DNA of 58,252 nt, counting the filler, from Sluysia triapertura (taxonomy: Eukaryota): assembly GCA_046118255.1 (NCBI GenBank). It is 4 parts of 4 records of this genome, joined end to end, with 100 filler letters (N's around TTAATTAATTAA, not from the genome) between each part and the next. Parts side by side here need not be neighbours in the genome. Positions count along the whole stretch, not along the records: positions 1 to 19,470 come from JBJNIA010065407.1; positions 19,571 to 32,915 come from JBJNIA010045348.1; 2 more parts are not named here. One strand, written 5' to 3'. The translations under genes were made by a program, and so were the position numbers. Below the pieces are notes generated by a model, which worked only from the letters and a program-made list of their open reading frames with translations, was not told where the DNA came from and did no database searches. This document shows, one piece after another, positions 12,190-24,925 of the stretch (within the stretch, counting starts at the first letter, position 1; the number at the start of each line of letters is the position of its first letter).

Positions 12190-15100
12190 GAAAACCACTC
12201 CGCCCATATCATCATTATCTTTATTTTTTTCTAGGTCTATCTCGTCTTCTCTTAAAAGTATTTGTTTCTTTATTTTCGGTTTCTATAAGTTGGTTTTGTT
12301 TAAGTCTACTATATAATCAAGTTTTTCTTCAGTTTAATCATCATTATCATTGGTAATGTCTATAAATTTATTTTCATTATAATTATTTTCCATTAATTCT
12401 CTTAATGATGAACGTGGGGTTCTATCTAAATCAACATCCTTGTCATCATTTATTAGTTCATCTGATTTTCTTAAATGATCTGCAGTTATGCCATTATAAC
12501 TGCGGAAGTCATTGATGCTTCCTTATGGTTTTCATTCATCGATGGATAACCATAATCATTTATATAATCATTAGGTGCTAATTTTCTGTCATAAAAATAT
12601 AAATCGACATAAGTTACAGTAGGGCCATTTGACTTAAGTAATTCTATAATTTCTTTTGAAATTGAAGTTACTAGAAGTTCCATGTTAATATTCAGGGCAT
12701 TATTAATAATTATACTTATTTTCATTAATTCTTTAGGATTATTTTTTTCTTTCTTTTTGACCTATTTCCCTTAGTAATTTTCTTGCTTTAAACTTATATA
12801 AACTATCTTCCATACTTAGAATAACTAATATTAATTTAATATCATATCCATTTTGTATACTTAATTCTAAATTTAATAAGTCATTTAAATTTTCATTTAA
12901 ATCTTTACCTTTGTCATATTTGATAAAAATTTCCTCAACTTTTGATCTGTTTCTTTAATTTTAGTTTCTGGGGTATCTATTTTTTATTAGCTGATATTAT
13001 TATTATTGATTTTATCTCCTCTGTTTCCATTTCTTCTGTGGCACCGTAATACGCATCTTCTTCATCTATCTCCATTTCTTCTGCTTTCAATTCTTCACCA
13101 TCAGTTTCTTTATTAATAATATTATTTTCTATATCTGTTTCTACTTCTTGGTCATCACTTAATTCATTATTTGATTGTTTTTCTTCTTGATTTGTTTCTT
13201 CCTCTGTTGAACTTGATTCTGTATTTGATACTTCTATTTCATCATTACTTTCTTTTGATTCAGAATCTATTTCTTTTCTTCCCAATTATTTGTTGAATTC
13301 TTTTTCTTTTATCTTCATTTGAAATTACTTTTTTTGTCTTTTTATTTATTCAATACTTTCTTCCAAAAGTTGATCTAATAATTCTCGAATTCTAACCTGA
13401 ATTGGTTGAATTGTTAATCTATTTTCTTCTTTTTCTCGTTGTTACCTTCTCTGTTTGTCTTTTTGAAATTCAAAATATCTATCGTGCATATAACTCATAA
13501 AGATTTCTTCTTGTTTATTCTTAAATCTATTTTTATCACAATATAATTCAGTGATATAGAATTCTCGTAGCATTGCATTCTTTGCCTCATCGGTAATTAA
13601 CCTAAGATATTTATCATCTTCTTCGTCGCTACTCATTTCTCTTCTTCTTGGTTGTCTTCTACTCCTATTTCTTTCTTCTCGATACTGATATTCATCTTTA
13701 TCTTCGTATTCGTTTCTGTTATTTCCACAATCATTTTGACTTCTATAATTACAATTTACCTGTCCCTTATTACTCTTATTATTATCATTATCATTAGACC
13801 TTACTTTCCTATTAGGGCTTTGGTATCTTTGTTGATATTGGCCCCTTATCTTAGCAAAATATTGAGTAAATACATTTTGCGTAATGTCCTTTTTTATTAC
13901 AGTTGTCACAAATTATTTCTCCCTCTATATTAGTTTGAGTCTTATTATTATTTTCATATCTTATTTGTCTTTGTTCATATTTAGAGCGCCATAATTACTT
14001 ATTTGGAATCCTCTATTTCTATTCGTATTACCCCTATAATTGCTTGAATTACTTCTGTAATTATTTGAGTTACTTCTATAATTGTTTGAATTACCTCTAA
14101 AATAATTATTTGAAATTGAATTATCATTGTTTCTACGTGGGCTATTGGAGTTACTATCATTATATCTTTCATAAGTCGGAGAATTAAATTTATTATCATC
14201 ATAATTATTTATATTTCTTCTTAATTTAGGACTTTTATCTCCTTTGACTTCATTGTCACTTATATAATCAATATTATTCTTATTCTTTTTATAGTTATAT
14301 GAACGTCCTATACTTCTTAGTTTCTTAATTACTTCTTTAAATGATTTTCCTTATATTAAGGTAACATAAGTTATTAATTCTGACCGTAATCCAGTTTTTA
14401 GTTTACCTGTTAATGTCATTTCTTTTTTATATTTTTTATCTTTTTAAATCTAGCGACAAGGCTTTTAAGCATACTCATATACAGATTCATTTGGTTTTTG
14501 TATCCTAGAGTTTAACATTTTAGTAATGCGAGAAAAGTTCGATAGAATAACTTAAAAGCTTAAAGTGAGTTCACCAACGTACTGGACTGACCAGCTAGGG
14601 TCAGCCTTTGGATTTTGTAGATAAGAATAAAAGGAATTCCCTCGAAATGATACGCTGATTAAAATGAAGCTTCTTTATTTGGTCCTACTTTTTGAAAATT
14701 TTTAGTAAATCTGGAGGTTTTTAATCAAGAATAATTTAATTAATATTTTGCGTAGATCCTATGAAAAGGATCGTTGATAAATATTTTACGTAGTTAGAAT
14801 TAAAATCTAACTATGGCAAGCTTTTGCAGTATTGATTTTATATTTGAAACTATTTAATAAAGACCACTAAACGTTACCGAAAATTTTTATTAAAAAATGA
14901 GTAAAAGGATTTGTTACAAAATATAAATAAAAATGGTAATATAGTAATATAGTTTACAATGGAATTACTAAAAGTAATTCTAATCTCAATAATATTTTAA
15001 CAAAAGATTTTTCGTAGATGTAATAAAAGATCTAAAATGAATATTAGATAGTTTAAGTAGATTTTACGTGGATATCACTAGGATATCTGATCTTATTATA

Positions 15101-15900
15101 AATAAACTAACGGTTATTATATAAAAATTGAATGTAAATCTGGTTAAATGATTTTCGATATGTCGCAGTAGAACCACTATGAATTTGACGTCGATCAAAA
15201 ATTTATTGTCGCGATTTTAATAGTTTTTTCGTCAAAGATTATTGTCAAAAAGAAATGTCAAAATTTTATTGTGGTGAAATTAGAATTTATTAGTTATTTA
15301 TATAAGGTTTTTGTGACCTTGACCAGATTTAGTTTTATTAAAATAAATTTTAAATTTATAATTAGTTAATATTTAGTATTTGCAAAATTAAAATTTTTTA
15401 AAGAACAAAGTTAATATTTAAAATATTTAAAAATAATAAATAACAATAAAACGTACTTTTAAATAGAAATCCTCAAAAACATTTAAACATTAAAAATAAT
15501 TGAATATTGTTATATCAGTATAAAACATTAAAATAATTGAATAAAAATAATCTATAATTTAGTTCAAAGTAATATACGTATAATAAGTCACACAATACAA
15601 ATAATATAACACACATGATAATATAACAGTATAATATTTTCTCATGTCATCAAGTGCTATTTCTTCAGTAAAGACGTTAACAAATTCATTCCAAGTCTGT
15701 TTATTATTATTACTTATTTCCTTATGAGTCTGGATTGCAACTCCAAGTAAATAATTTTGGATTCGTTTTATTTTTTCGGCTTCATTCAAGCCTTTTGCTT
15801 CATCTATGCTTTCCTATTCGAATAAGAAGTCGCAGAGATCTTCCTCTGATTCGTCAAATTTTTTCATTTCAGGTCATGCCATTATTGGGTGCATTTCTCT
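12190..15900 (-). mobile_element. Decayed gag-like LTR-retrotransposon remnant with additional broken low-complexity ORFs
   Basis: Minus-strand EAEKIKRIQNYLLGVA...TWNEFVNVFTEE and LNSRIQKPNESVYEY...KLKTGLRSEL are retrotransposon-gag-like. They are followed by N/R-rich and acidic ORF fragments with stops and frameshifts. Boundaries are approximate. Confidence 0.6.
14527..15628. mobile_element. 1102-bp TG...CA insertion (probable solo LTR) nested in the gag remnant
   Basis: Begins TG (14527) and ends CA (15628), flanked by GTAA (14523-14526) and GTAT (15629-15632). Removing it restores in-frame MRKYYTKMLNSRIQKPNESVYEY on the minus strand. Confidence 0.7.
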
Positions 15901-17237
15901 GGCTAATTGTGGCATATATTCCTTAAAATTATTAGGTAGAGCCATATAATTTCTTAATTTTGATATGTAATCGTCGTATAATACAATTTGTTTATTTATT
16001 TTTCTTAAAACTTACTTAATCTATTAATAATCAACTTAGAGAATAATAATTTTGCTCAAATTTAACTTATTCTTAATGAAATCGTAACACAATTATTTTA
16101 AAGTTTATTCTTAAATGCTCAAATCTTTATATTTATTCTTATATTGTTTTAATAGTGATCTTTATATTTATACATAAATCTTTATATTTTTATATTGTTT
16201 AAATAGTGGTTTATTTTCAGAAAATCATTTATTTTTACGAATAATATTATTACTCCAAATAATTGTTAAAAATATAAATATGTTAAAAATATAATGTACA
16301 TTGTTACTTAGTANNNNNNNNNNNNNNNNNNNNNNNNNNNNNNNNNNNNNNNNNNNNNNNNNNNNNNNNNNNNNNNNNNNNNNNNNNNNNNNNNNNNNNN
16401 NNNNNNNNNNNNNNNNNNNNNNNNNNNNNNNNNNNNNNNNNNNNNTCAATACGCCACATAAAAAAACGGCAAAATTCTTCCTGTTTCAGAATTTTAGTGA
16501 ATGATTTATTTTAACTGCTTTTGAGTACTTACTGTGCAGTAGATGTGAGTGCAATATAAATTAAAATATTATATTATATTATTACTATTATTATTATAAT
16601 CATTTGTTTATTCGTTTATTTCACACGAAAATTCAATTTTTCCCTAAATTTGATAAAATACAAGCCATAGCCAGCAAAAATAAATGTTCTTAGTGGAAGC
16701 ATTAACATGCAAAGTAGTAAATTTAAAATTAATTTCACTTACATGAATGTTACTTTTATAATTAATTTATAATTAAAATATTTAAGTGAATAATTAATTG
16801 AATAATAAAATAATTAATTAAAATAAAAATTTACTTTAACTTGTCATAACAATCCTGCTGTTGTGAGTCACCCAACTGATAATGTTTGTTAAAAGTTCGT
16901 TTAATTATAAAGCATAAATACTCTTACTTTATAAAGTTGTACAAACTTATTTTAATGCATCATTTTTATGTATACGTAGAGATATATTGAGACACAATTT
17001 TAAAAATATATTGCGCGTAAATTGTTTAGGCTACGATTTCGTATATTTAATTCTTTTATATTTCATTATAATAATCAGTAATACAGATTCAAGAACTTTC
17101 AACTTTTTTTATAAATATTGTTATGTTTTAAAAATTATTTTTTTTAATCCTTTAATTATATATTAAAAGAAATAATTATTTCTAAAATCATTTTTTTCAT
17201 TCAAGATTCATCGTTTAAACCTCTATAAATTTAAATA

Positions 17238-18233
17238 ATGGTTAAAGAAGCTATACAAATTTATTTACGTATTAAGCCTACTTTTCCTAAATCTTTAAAA
17301 TCAGTAAAAATATTTTTAATATTAATTTGTTTGCAGGAATATGAGATAATCAGTATCAATGATGAAAATAAATGCGATAAAATTACAATTAAAGTACCTC
17401 CTGATTTTGAATCTTCAAATAGGAAAGATAATTTTATTTTTCAATTTCAAAAAGTGTTTGATCAGGATGCGAAACAAGATGATGTTTTTAATAATATTGC
17501 AGTGCCAGTAATTGATAAGTAATATTTATGCATTTTACAAAAAATATAGCTTTTTAAAAGGATATAATGGAACTATATTTGCATATGGACAAACAGGTAG
17601 CGGTAAAACATTTACCATCACAGGAGGAGCTGAACGATATTCAGATCGTGGTATTATTCCTCGAACTATTTCGTACATATTTAACTATGCTAACAAAGTA
17701 AGTTGTTTCTATTTGAAATATTTCTAAAATAAAACTAGAATAAAAATCGAAATTGTTCTGTTAATATATCGTACTTGGAAATATACAATGAAAATGGTTA
17801 TGATCTTTTGGATACAAAACATGATACAGCACAAAAGCTGGAAGATCTCAAGTATCATTGTTTTTGTTTTGATTTGAATTATTAAAGCAAGGTAATTTTG
17901 TATGAGGATCTAGAATCAAACGTTACTTTAAAAAATTTGTCTATTCATCAAGTGATATCAGAAGAAGAAGCTTTAAATATGCTGTTTATTGGCGACACTA
18001 ATAGAATAGTTGCAGAAGTAAATAAAATTATTCAAATAATTAATGTGATTATTAAATTTAATATAGAAATATTCATAAAGTTTTCTAACAAAATTTTTTA
18101 TTGTTTATTGACAGACTCCAATGAATCAAGCTTCGACAAGATCTCATTGCATTTTCACACTCCATATTACCACCAAAGATACGGATTCACCAATCATAAC
18201 AAAATCAAAACTTCATTTAGTTGATCTAGCTGG
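17238..18233 (+). CDS. KIF6: Kinesin-9 family KIF6, 5' partial (motor domain up to LVDLAG)
   Basis: Exons 17238-17303, 17337-17518, 17550-17697, 17739-17851, 17888-18017, 18115-18233 give [14 protein letters not shown]...[35 protein letters not shown]...[15 protein letters not shown]...[23 protein letters not shown]...KLHLVDLAG, all KIF6-typical. The model ends just before the gap at 18278. Confidence 0.95.
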
Positions 18234-19470
18234 GTTATTATTAATTAATTTGAATTTTAGATATAAATAAATTGTAANNNNNNNNNNNNNNNNNNNNNNN
18301 NNNNNNNNNNNNNNNNNNNNNNNNNNNNNNNNNNNNNNNNNNNNNNNNNNNNNNNNNNNNNNNNNNNNNNNNNNNNNNNNNNNNNNNNNNNNNNNNNNNN
18401 NNNNNATCTTATTTGATTAACAATCTTATTTGATTGAATGTTAACATTTTTACAATTTTAGTTTATTTGTATGACTTTGAAATTAATAATTCTTGTGAAT
18501 ATTATTTTTATTTGTTAATGATTTAAATATTATTTCTATTATAGAAAAATAACATAATATTACTAAAATTAAACAAACGTTTAAATGATTAAAATAAAAT
18601 AATTGATTCTAATTTTATTATAAAAGAAGAAAAATTTAATAAAAAATATTTAAAATCAAAAATTCTGTATTTAAACGAATCATTTTTTCTTAAAGCTATG
18701 TGCGCTATCTGCCTGACCTAATACTTTGTTTATTAAACATATCTAAATTCATTTTTAAAAGTTTATTTAAATTTTTATCCGTATTTTTTCCGTCTACGAA
18801 ATCTGAAAGAAATGTTTCTACTTCTTTGGATAGACCACTAAATGTTGTTTTTATGAGCTATTTTCTTCATTTGTTATATTTGTTGAATCTGAGAGTATGT
18901 CACCTATTTCTTCTTCTTGTTATTGTAAATTTAGTTTTTTTATGAAATTAAAATTATCATTATTTCTGTTCTTATTTGATTCGTTATTTACATAAGAACA
19001 AAAGTTCTTATAAATCTGGTGCTTAAGGCACTCGAAAATTCCGTTATGAAACAAACTCTGAAATAACAACAACACGAAAATTTTTTATTATAGATAAATC
19101 GGACAAACCTTATAAAAATTGGTGACACATACAAAAAAACACAACCGTAATCATATACAACTTACGTTCATTACGGGCAGTGGATTTATCGAGTATGAAG
19201 CCATTGTATGTACTTATCTCAAAACTAATGGAGTCGTACTATTCGGTTTTCTTAATTCAATTATAACTTAACCAACTTTTTACTTATGACTTATGTCTTA
19301 TGTTGGTTGTGTCTTTTATCACTTTTATTTTCCCAAATTATTAGAGTAGAACTCAATAACTAAATAAACTCAAAATCTCGATATATTTGTTAAATTATCA
19401 CAAAACTACAACCAGAAGATATAAATTATGACAATACCAGTTATTCTTTATAACAATAACAATACAAATT

Positions 19471-19570
19471 NNNNNNNNNNNNNNNNNNNNNNNNNNNNNN
19501 NNNNNNNNNNNNNNTTAATTAATTAANNNNNNNNNNNNNNNNNNNNNNNNNNNNNNNNNNNNNNNNNNNN
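19471..19570. other. Artificial scaffold spacer N44-TTAATTAATTAA-N44
   Basis: Exactly 100 bp with a six-frame stop linker; identical to the spacers at 32916 and 47045. Confidence 0.95.
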
Positions 19571-22500
19571 TAGTAATAATAATAATAATAATGATAGTAA
19601 TAACAATAATAATAATAATTATTATTATTATGAATAATAAAATTAATAATAAAATGATTGTAATAAAAATGAAAATAAGTTAAAAAAATGCATAATAAAA
19701 TAATAAGAATAATGATAATGAAATAGAAAATAAGATGATCATAATAACGATAATATTAATTTAATTTAATTTAAAATAATTTGCTGTTAAAGAAGTGATA
19801 CTGGAAATTAATTAATAGTTACTTAATAGTAAAATAGCTTGTATTACTATGTACAAGCTAAAGTAATGCTAAAATAATGCTAAAGTAATGAATTTAAAAC
19901 GACTTCAGGAACCTTTATGTGGGATTCACTTATTACTCCAGAAATATCTATTCAACATTTAAGTGACTTCTATAACTAATATGAATTATGAAAATAATAT
20001 CATCAGTACCTTGACTGTGAAAAGGCATTTATCATCTCAAAATTTTTGTTAATTCAGCAAACATGACAAGTCATGATACGGAAGTTGATAATGTTGATTG
20101 TTCTTCTGGAATAGGAAATATCATAAGTATCAATATAAAAATGAAGAACAAGCTAATGATTATGACGAATATGGATCTGTATCGTCGCAGGAGATTCATT
20201 CATGGCATTATGATTATAAATGGTGTACTTCAGTAAATTATATGTGCATTTTTGCTCTACAAGATTTAAGAAAATTCAAAGTATTGATCATGATACCTGC
20301 TAAATATATATTGAATATTTTTTTAATTATTTTATTATTATTGCACTATTATTACTATTATTATTTTGATGAATAAAAAATAAATTATGGAAAAAAATCA
20401 ACAATTGAGAAACTTAACAAATTTAAATATACTGTCAAATAACCAAAAAACTCAGATTCTTTATTTATCATTTTATTATTTGAAATAAAGGCATCCTATG
20501 ATGAACTCATATTTACAGCTAATTTGAATTTTAGTCCAACAAGAGTCTAATATGAAATTGCTATCAGATGCTGAATAAGTATTTAAAGAAATTAAGATTT
20601 GTAAGAAACCAATTCAATTTTATTCAACAATTACCGTTGATTATCATTGATTATGCCCAACATTTATTAAAAAATGGTTTTATAATCCAGTAAGTATTTT
20701 TATACAAGAGTTTAGTAAATACTTAGATTACTTGCATCATGAAATTTCTTAAAGTTATTATGCCTATAATAAGATTTATTTCTATGATAATGGATAGAAT
20801 ATGCAGGTAAATGATAAAGCAGCTGTCAAAGTCCAATTATAATGAACAGCACGACTTAACTGTTATTTGAGATTTGCTAAGGCACATTTTAATATAATGT
20901 TATTGCACATTGCTGAAATTAAACGTGATAAAGTTGAACTTAAACCGTTATTTTAGGTGTTCGTCGATTTTTAGATACAAAGTGTCATGAAATTTCTGAT
21001 ATAATCAATACTACAACAAATGTTTCCCTTGAAACGCGACTATGTTAGCTAATGTCGTTTTTTATACCAGAATTTTGCTGATCGATATTTTTGTTTGTTG
21101 TTCAATTGATTCTAAAAGTAAACAAAATCTTTGAGAATAAATATAGAAAGACAATTAGAAATAAAATCTAGTTTTAGAAACGAAATTCAACATAATAACA
21201 TCTTTTTATTATTACAGCATCCCTCAAATAAAAAACAGAATATTTAATTAGTATATCAGGTGCTCTAAAACCACACGAAACATTTAAACATGGAAAAGCT
21301 CTGTAATTATGTCTTGCATCATTAATAATGTGAAAATAATTAAATGAGTTTGTATAATGAACATTATTTCTATTTCTATGTTGCCGATACATGATTTATA
21401 ACTATTGCTTTTATGCCATATTTACGCAATGTTTAACTTTACTTCTTTCTTTAAAAAGAAATTTAAAAATTTTAATAAAAATGAATACTTGTTAATGAAA
21501 TAATGCGTTCGCAAACAACATCATCGAATTACTACTTATGACATCACACATTTATTTACTATTAATAAAAAAAGGGATTATAGTTACGTTTTTAGTCACA
21601 ATACGTTTTACATTAAAATACTGTTTGTTGCAATTACTACAATTTAATTGACTAAGAAAATTACTTAAGATAGATACGTGACTTATTTTATATTATAATA
21701 AAACAAAACAATTCACACATTATTGAGTGCATTCTTAGCAAATAAAATTTTGTTATAAATATGATCATAAATACAAAGTTTTAATAAAAAAATATTAAAG
21801 TTAAATTTCAAAAGTTTTAGATAAATATAACAAAATAAATTAAATAACAAATTAAAAAATTTCTTAGTTAAATGAAAAAGTTTAATATTGGTATTTTAAA
21901 TTTAGTACTAAATTATACAATTCCAAAGTCTAAACCTTTAAATAATTTATTAATCAAATTATTTAAATAAATAATAAAGTATTTTCATTTTTATATTTCG
22001 ATTTGAACTTTGTATTACGCATTATATTACAAATTTATAAACTGTTTTTACTCTACTGTCTATTAATTACAACTTTCCGTCTAAAAACAACGTATGTCTG
22101 CATTTACACATCATAGCATAATCAGTTTCACGCTTCATCTGAATAAGACTGCAGCAACACAAACACCAAAACATCGCACAATCGTTGGAATATGATCCTG
22201 GTATATTCTGAATAAAACGGAAAAACTAAATTTATTCTTGCAGTTACAATGTTACATAATATCTAAAATATGAGATTCTGCTATTTTATATGACCACATT
22301 AACGAATTTATTTATAAACAAACCAAACTTTATAATAAATTTTCTAGATGTTTGTCTTCAGTATGAATATCAGAACGGCAATTTCCTTTAACCCAATTCT
22401 GTCTTGTGTGATTTGCAAACACGTGACTGCTGAAGTAAATGATATTTTTCTGTTGTAGAAAGATAATGGAAGCAATGATGTCAAACCAATTAATCAAATA

Positions 22501-22699
22501 AAAATAGATATGAAACAAAAAAGCATAAATAATATAAATGAAAAATATAAAATGTTGTTTGTAAAATTATAAATTACAACAGTGTCAGAGAACGAAAACC
22601 ACAAGTGTGTATCAAAATGGAACAAATAATAAATGCATAGCAAGAAATAATTGCAAAATTAACGAATATAAATGCATACTTGAATTATAACACGACCAA

Positions 22700-23143
22700 A
22701 CAAACATTGTGATAGAAAAATGAATAATACATTTGTTGGAGGCCTTTTTATATTCTGACCACTTGAGCTAACAGCCTATTCTAATGATTTAGATCTGCTG
22801 TGTTTTATCTAAACTTTACGACAAAATAGAAAATCCGGCTACAATTCACAACATATAACTGAGAATAGGTGTGTCTTTTAGCAACAAATAGATAATTAAA
22901 TCAATGGAAGATCAACTGTACGTATTTTGAGTTATATTTCATTAATCAAAAATAACGAATTAGTTAATTATCCAAGTTGCACCAAAGTCGATGAAACAAA
23001 TAAAATATAATTGAAAAAATAATAAAATAAAGAAGGATTGTTAATAATATTCGATTTTAAATAAATTTAATGAAGTTGAAGAAAAAGTTACTAAAACATT
23101 CAGATTTCTAAGTTTTGATGAAGATTTTAGTGGTTTTGAATAA
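22700..23143 (+). mobile_element. Possible highly decayed pogo/Tigger-like DDE transposase tail
   Basis: GGLFIF*PLE resembles GGxTxxLQPLD, and the acidic end SFDEDFSGFE* resembles pogo-family C-termini. Very degenerate. Confidence 0.3.
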
Positions 23144-23940
23144 TTTATTTAAATTTTCTTTTTATAAAATTTAGTTTAAAATCTGTGTATAAGCAGCATT
23201 AAAGATTTAAAAAAAACTCAATTCCTAAATGAAAAGGAACATAATACAATAGAAATGCTCAATTATTTTACTAATTTTGTTGCGTCTTTACAAATTGTCG
23301 ATTACTATAAATCAGTTTTAATTCAATTAGCTTAAAAAGAACCTCAATTATCCAAGTACTGTCTAAATCAAGTGTAAATTTTCAAATATTCTCTTATTTA
23401 ATACTGATAATTATTCACACCAAAATTAAGCGTTTGAAATCAATAACAAAATAATTCACCGGTTAAAAATAAATCAAATACAAATTATTATTATAAACCA
23501 TCACTAAACAATACTAAAATGACTAAAATGACGAGATTAACAATAACCGTTATAATAGTATCAATAATAAAACAATCTAAAGAAACCAGAGGTGACGCAA
23601 CACTAAGAAAAATATTAATTATTATTCAGGATTATTCCTTAATAATAATAATAATAATCAAATATAAATTTCCCAAAAAAACACAAAAGCAAAAGCTATT
23701 TTACTAAAACCCCCAAAATAATATTTTTTTTAATTATAAAATAAATTCAAAAATTACTTAAAACATGGATCTTCTTATTTGCATTATTAATTGTTGTTGT
23801 TACTGTTACGTTGCTGATGAGAGGTAAAACTTTTGGCATTCCCTTTTATATTTTTTCATCATCTAATCACTCCAAAATTTTTGATTAAATATTTTCTCAA
23901 ACCAATCGCTGCAAAATTCTTTGAAAATTAATCTGACAAT

Positions 23941-24925
23941 AATAACTTTGACAATTACATGGTACAGACTGTCAAACTTTATTACGTACAAAACACAAAA
24001 AATTAATTTACGATTGTTAATTATTTTCTTTTACTCTACTCAATCTACTTTTACTTAAATTAAAAAATAACGAATTTAATTTTAGTTTTCAGAATTTAAT
24101 TGATTTAATTTAATTGGTTTTTCACACCCAATTTTCTAATAAAAAATGTTTAAGCTTATTCTCAAACAAACCACTCTAAAAACATTTCAAACTCACTTCT
24201 AAATTCTGCTCTTCCACAGCATTCATCTCATATTCAATTCATTGTACTTGCATCATTCTAAGTATAAAAATTCAACATTGCATAATTAAAAATTAATTAA
24301 AATTTGACTTTATTCAATATTAAGGCTTTCCTTGCATGAACTCGATCACACCATACCTTTATCGAAAGGTCTTTTCAAAACAAATATGCACACAGTTTCC
24401 GCATTAAAAAGTTATTTAAAAAACGTATTTTTTCTTAATTAAGTTAATTAAGATTTTAATTAATTAATCTGTTTTTAGACTTAATCATACTTTCTGTTTA
24501 AAGGTTTTATTAAGGTTTCAAGGTTATTTAGTAAATTATAATGCACTCAGGAGGCTCTAGATGTTTTCACCTTCACCTCTCTGATTCCTTTTTCTACTTC
24601 TTTACGTTAATTATTACTATACTAGATTTATTCTTAATACCAATAACAACGATTTTATTTCTCAAATATTTCAAAGATTTTAAATACTTTATAAGATTAC
24701 CAAAGGATCTCAAATACTTATAGATGTGTCAAGAATACTTAAAGGTTAATAAGGTCTTAAATGATCTAAAGGTTTACAAGTTCAAAGGTATCTTAATGCT
24801 TCTAAAGGTTTTTCAAGTCAATCTCAAGCTTCCATAAGGTCTCAAACTCTTATATAAGTCTTTGGAACCTGAAAATATTCTTTAGCTGTTAAGATCATTA
24901 TAAATGTTTTCTTTTTCATGATTCT
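23941..24925 (+). repeat. Dispersed ~1-kb repeat family A, copy 1
   Basis: Collinear blocks (ACTTTGACAxTTACATGGTAC; GGCTTTCCTxGCATGAACTC; TCAGGAGGCTCTAGxTGTTTTCA) are shared in inverted orientation with 45845-46800 and partly with ~57745-58035. Confidence 0.8.

Noticed and set aside
19515-19526. TTAATTAATTAA palindrome inside the N runs as a biological motif
   Set aside because: It is centred identically in three 100-bp spacers and is a synthetic six-frame stop linker.
19900-22520. Faint hAT- and piggyBac-like peptide traces
   Set aside because: Only isolated words of a few residues across broken frames, not distinguishable from chance by eye.
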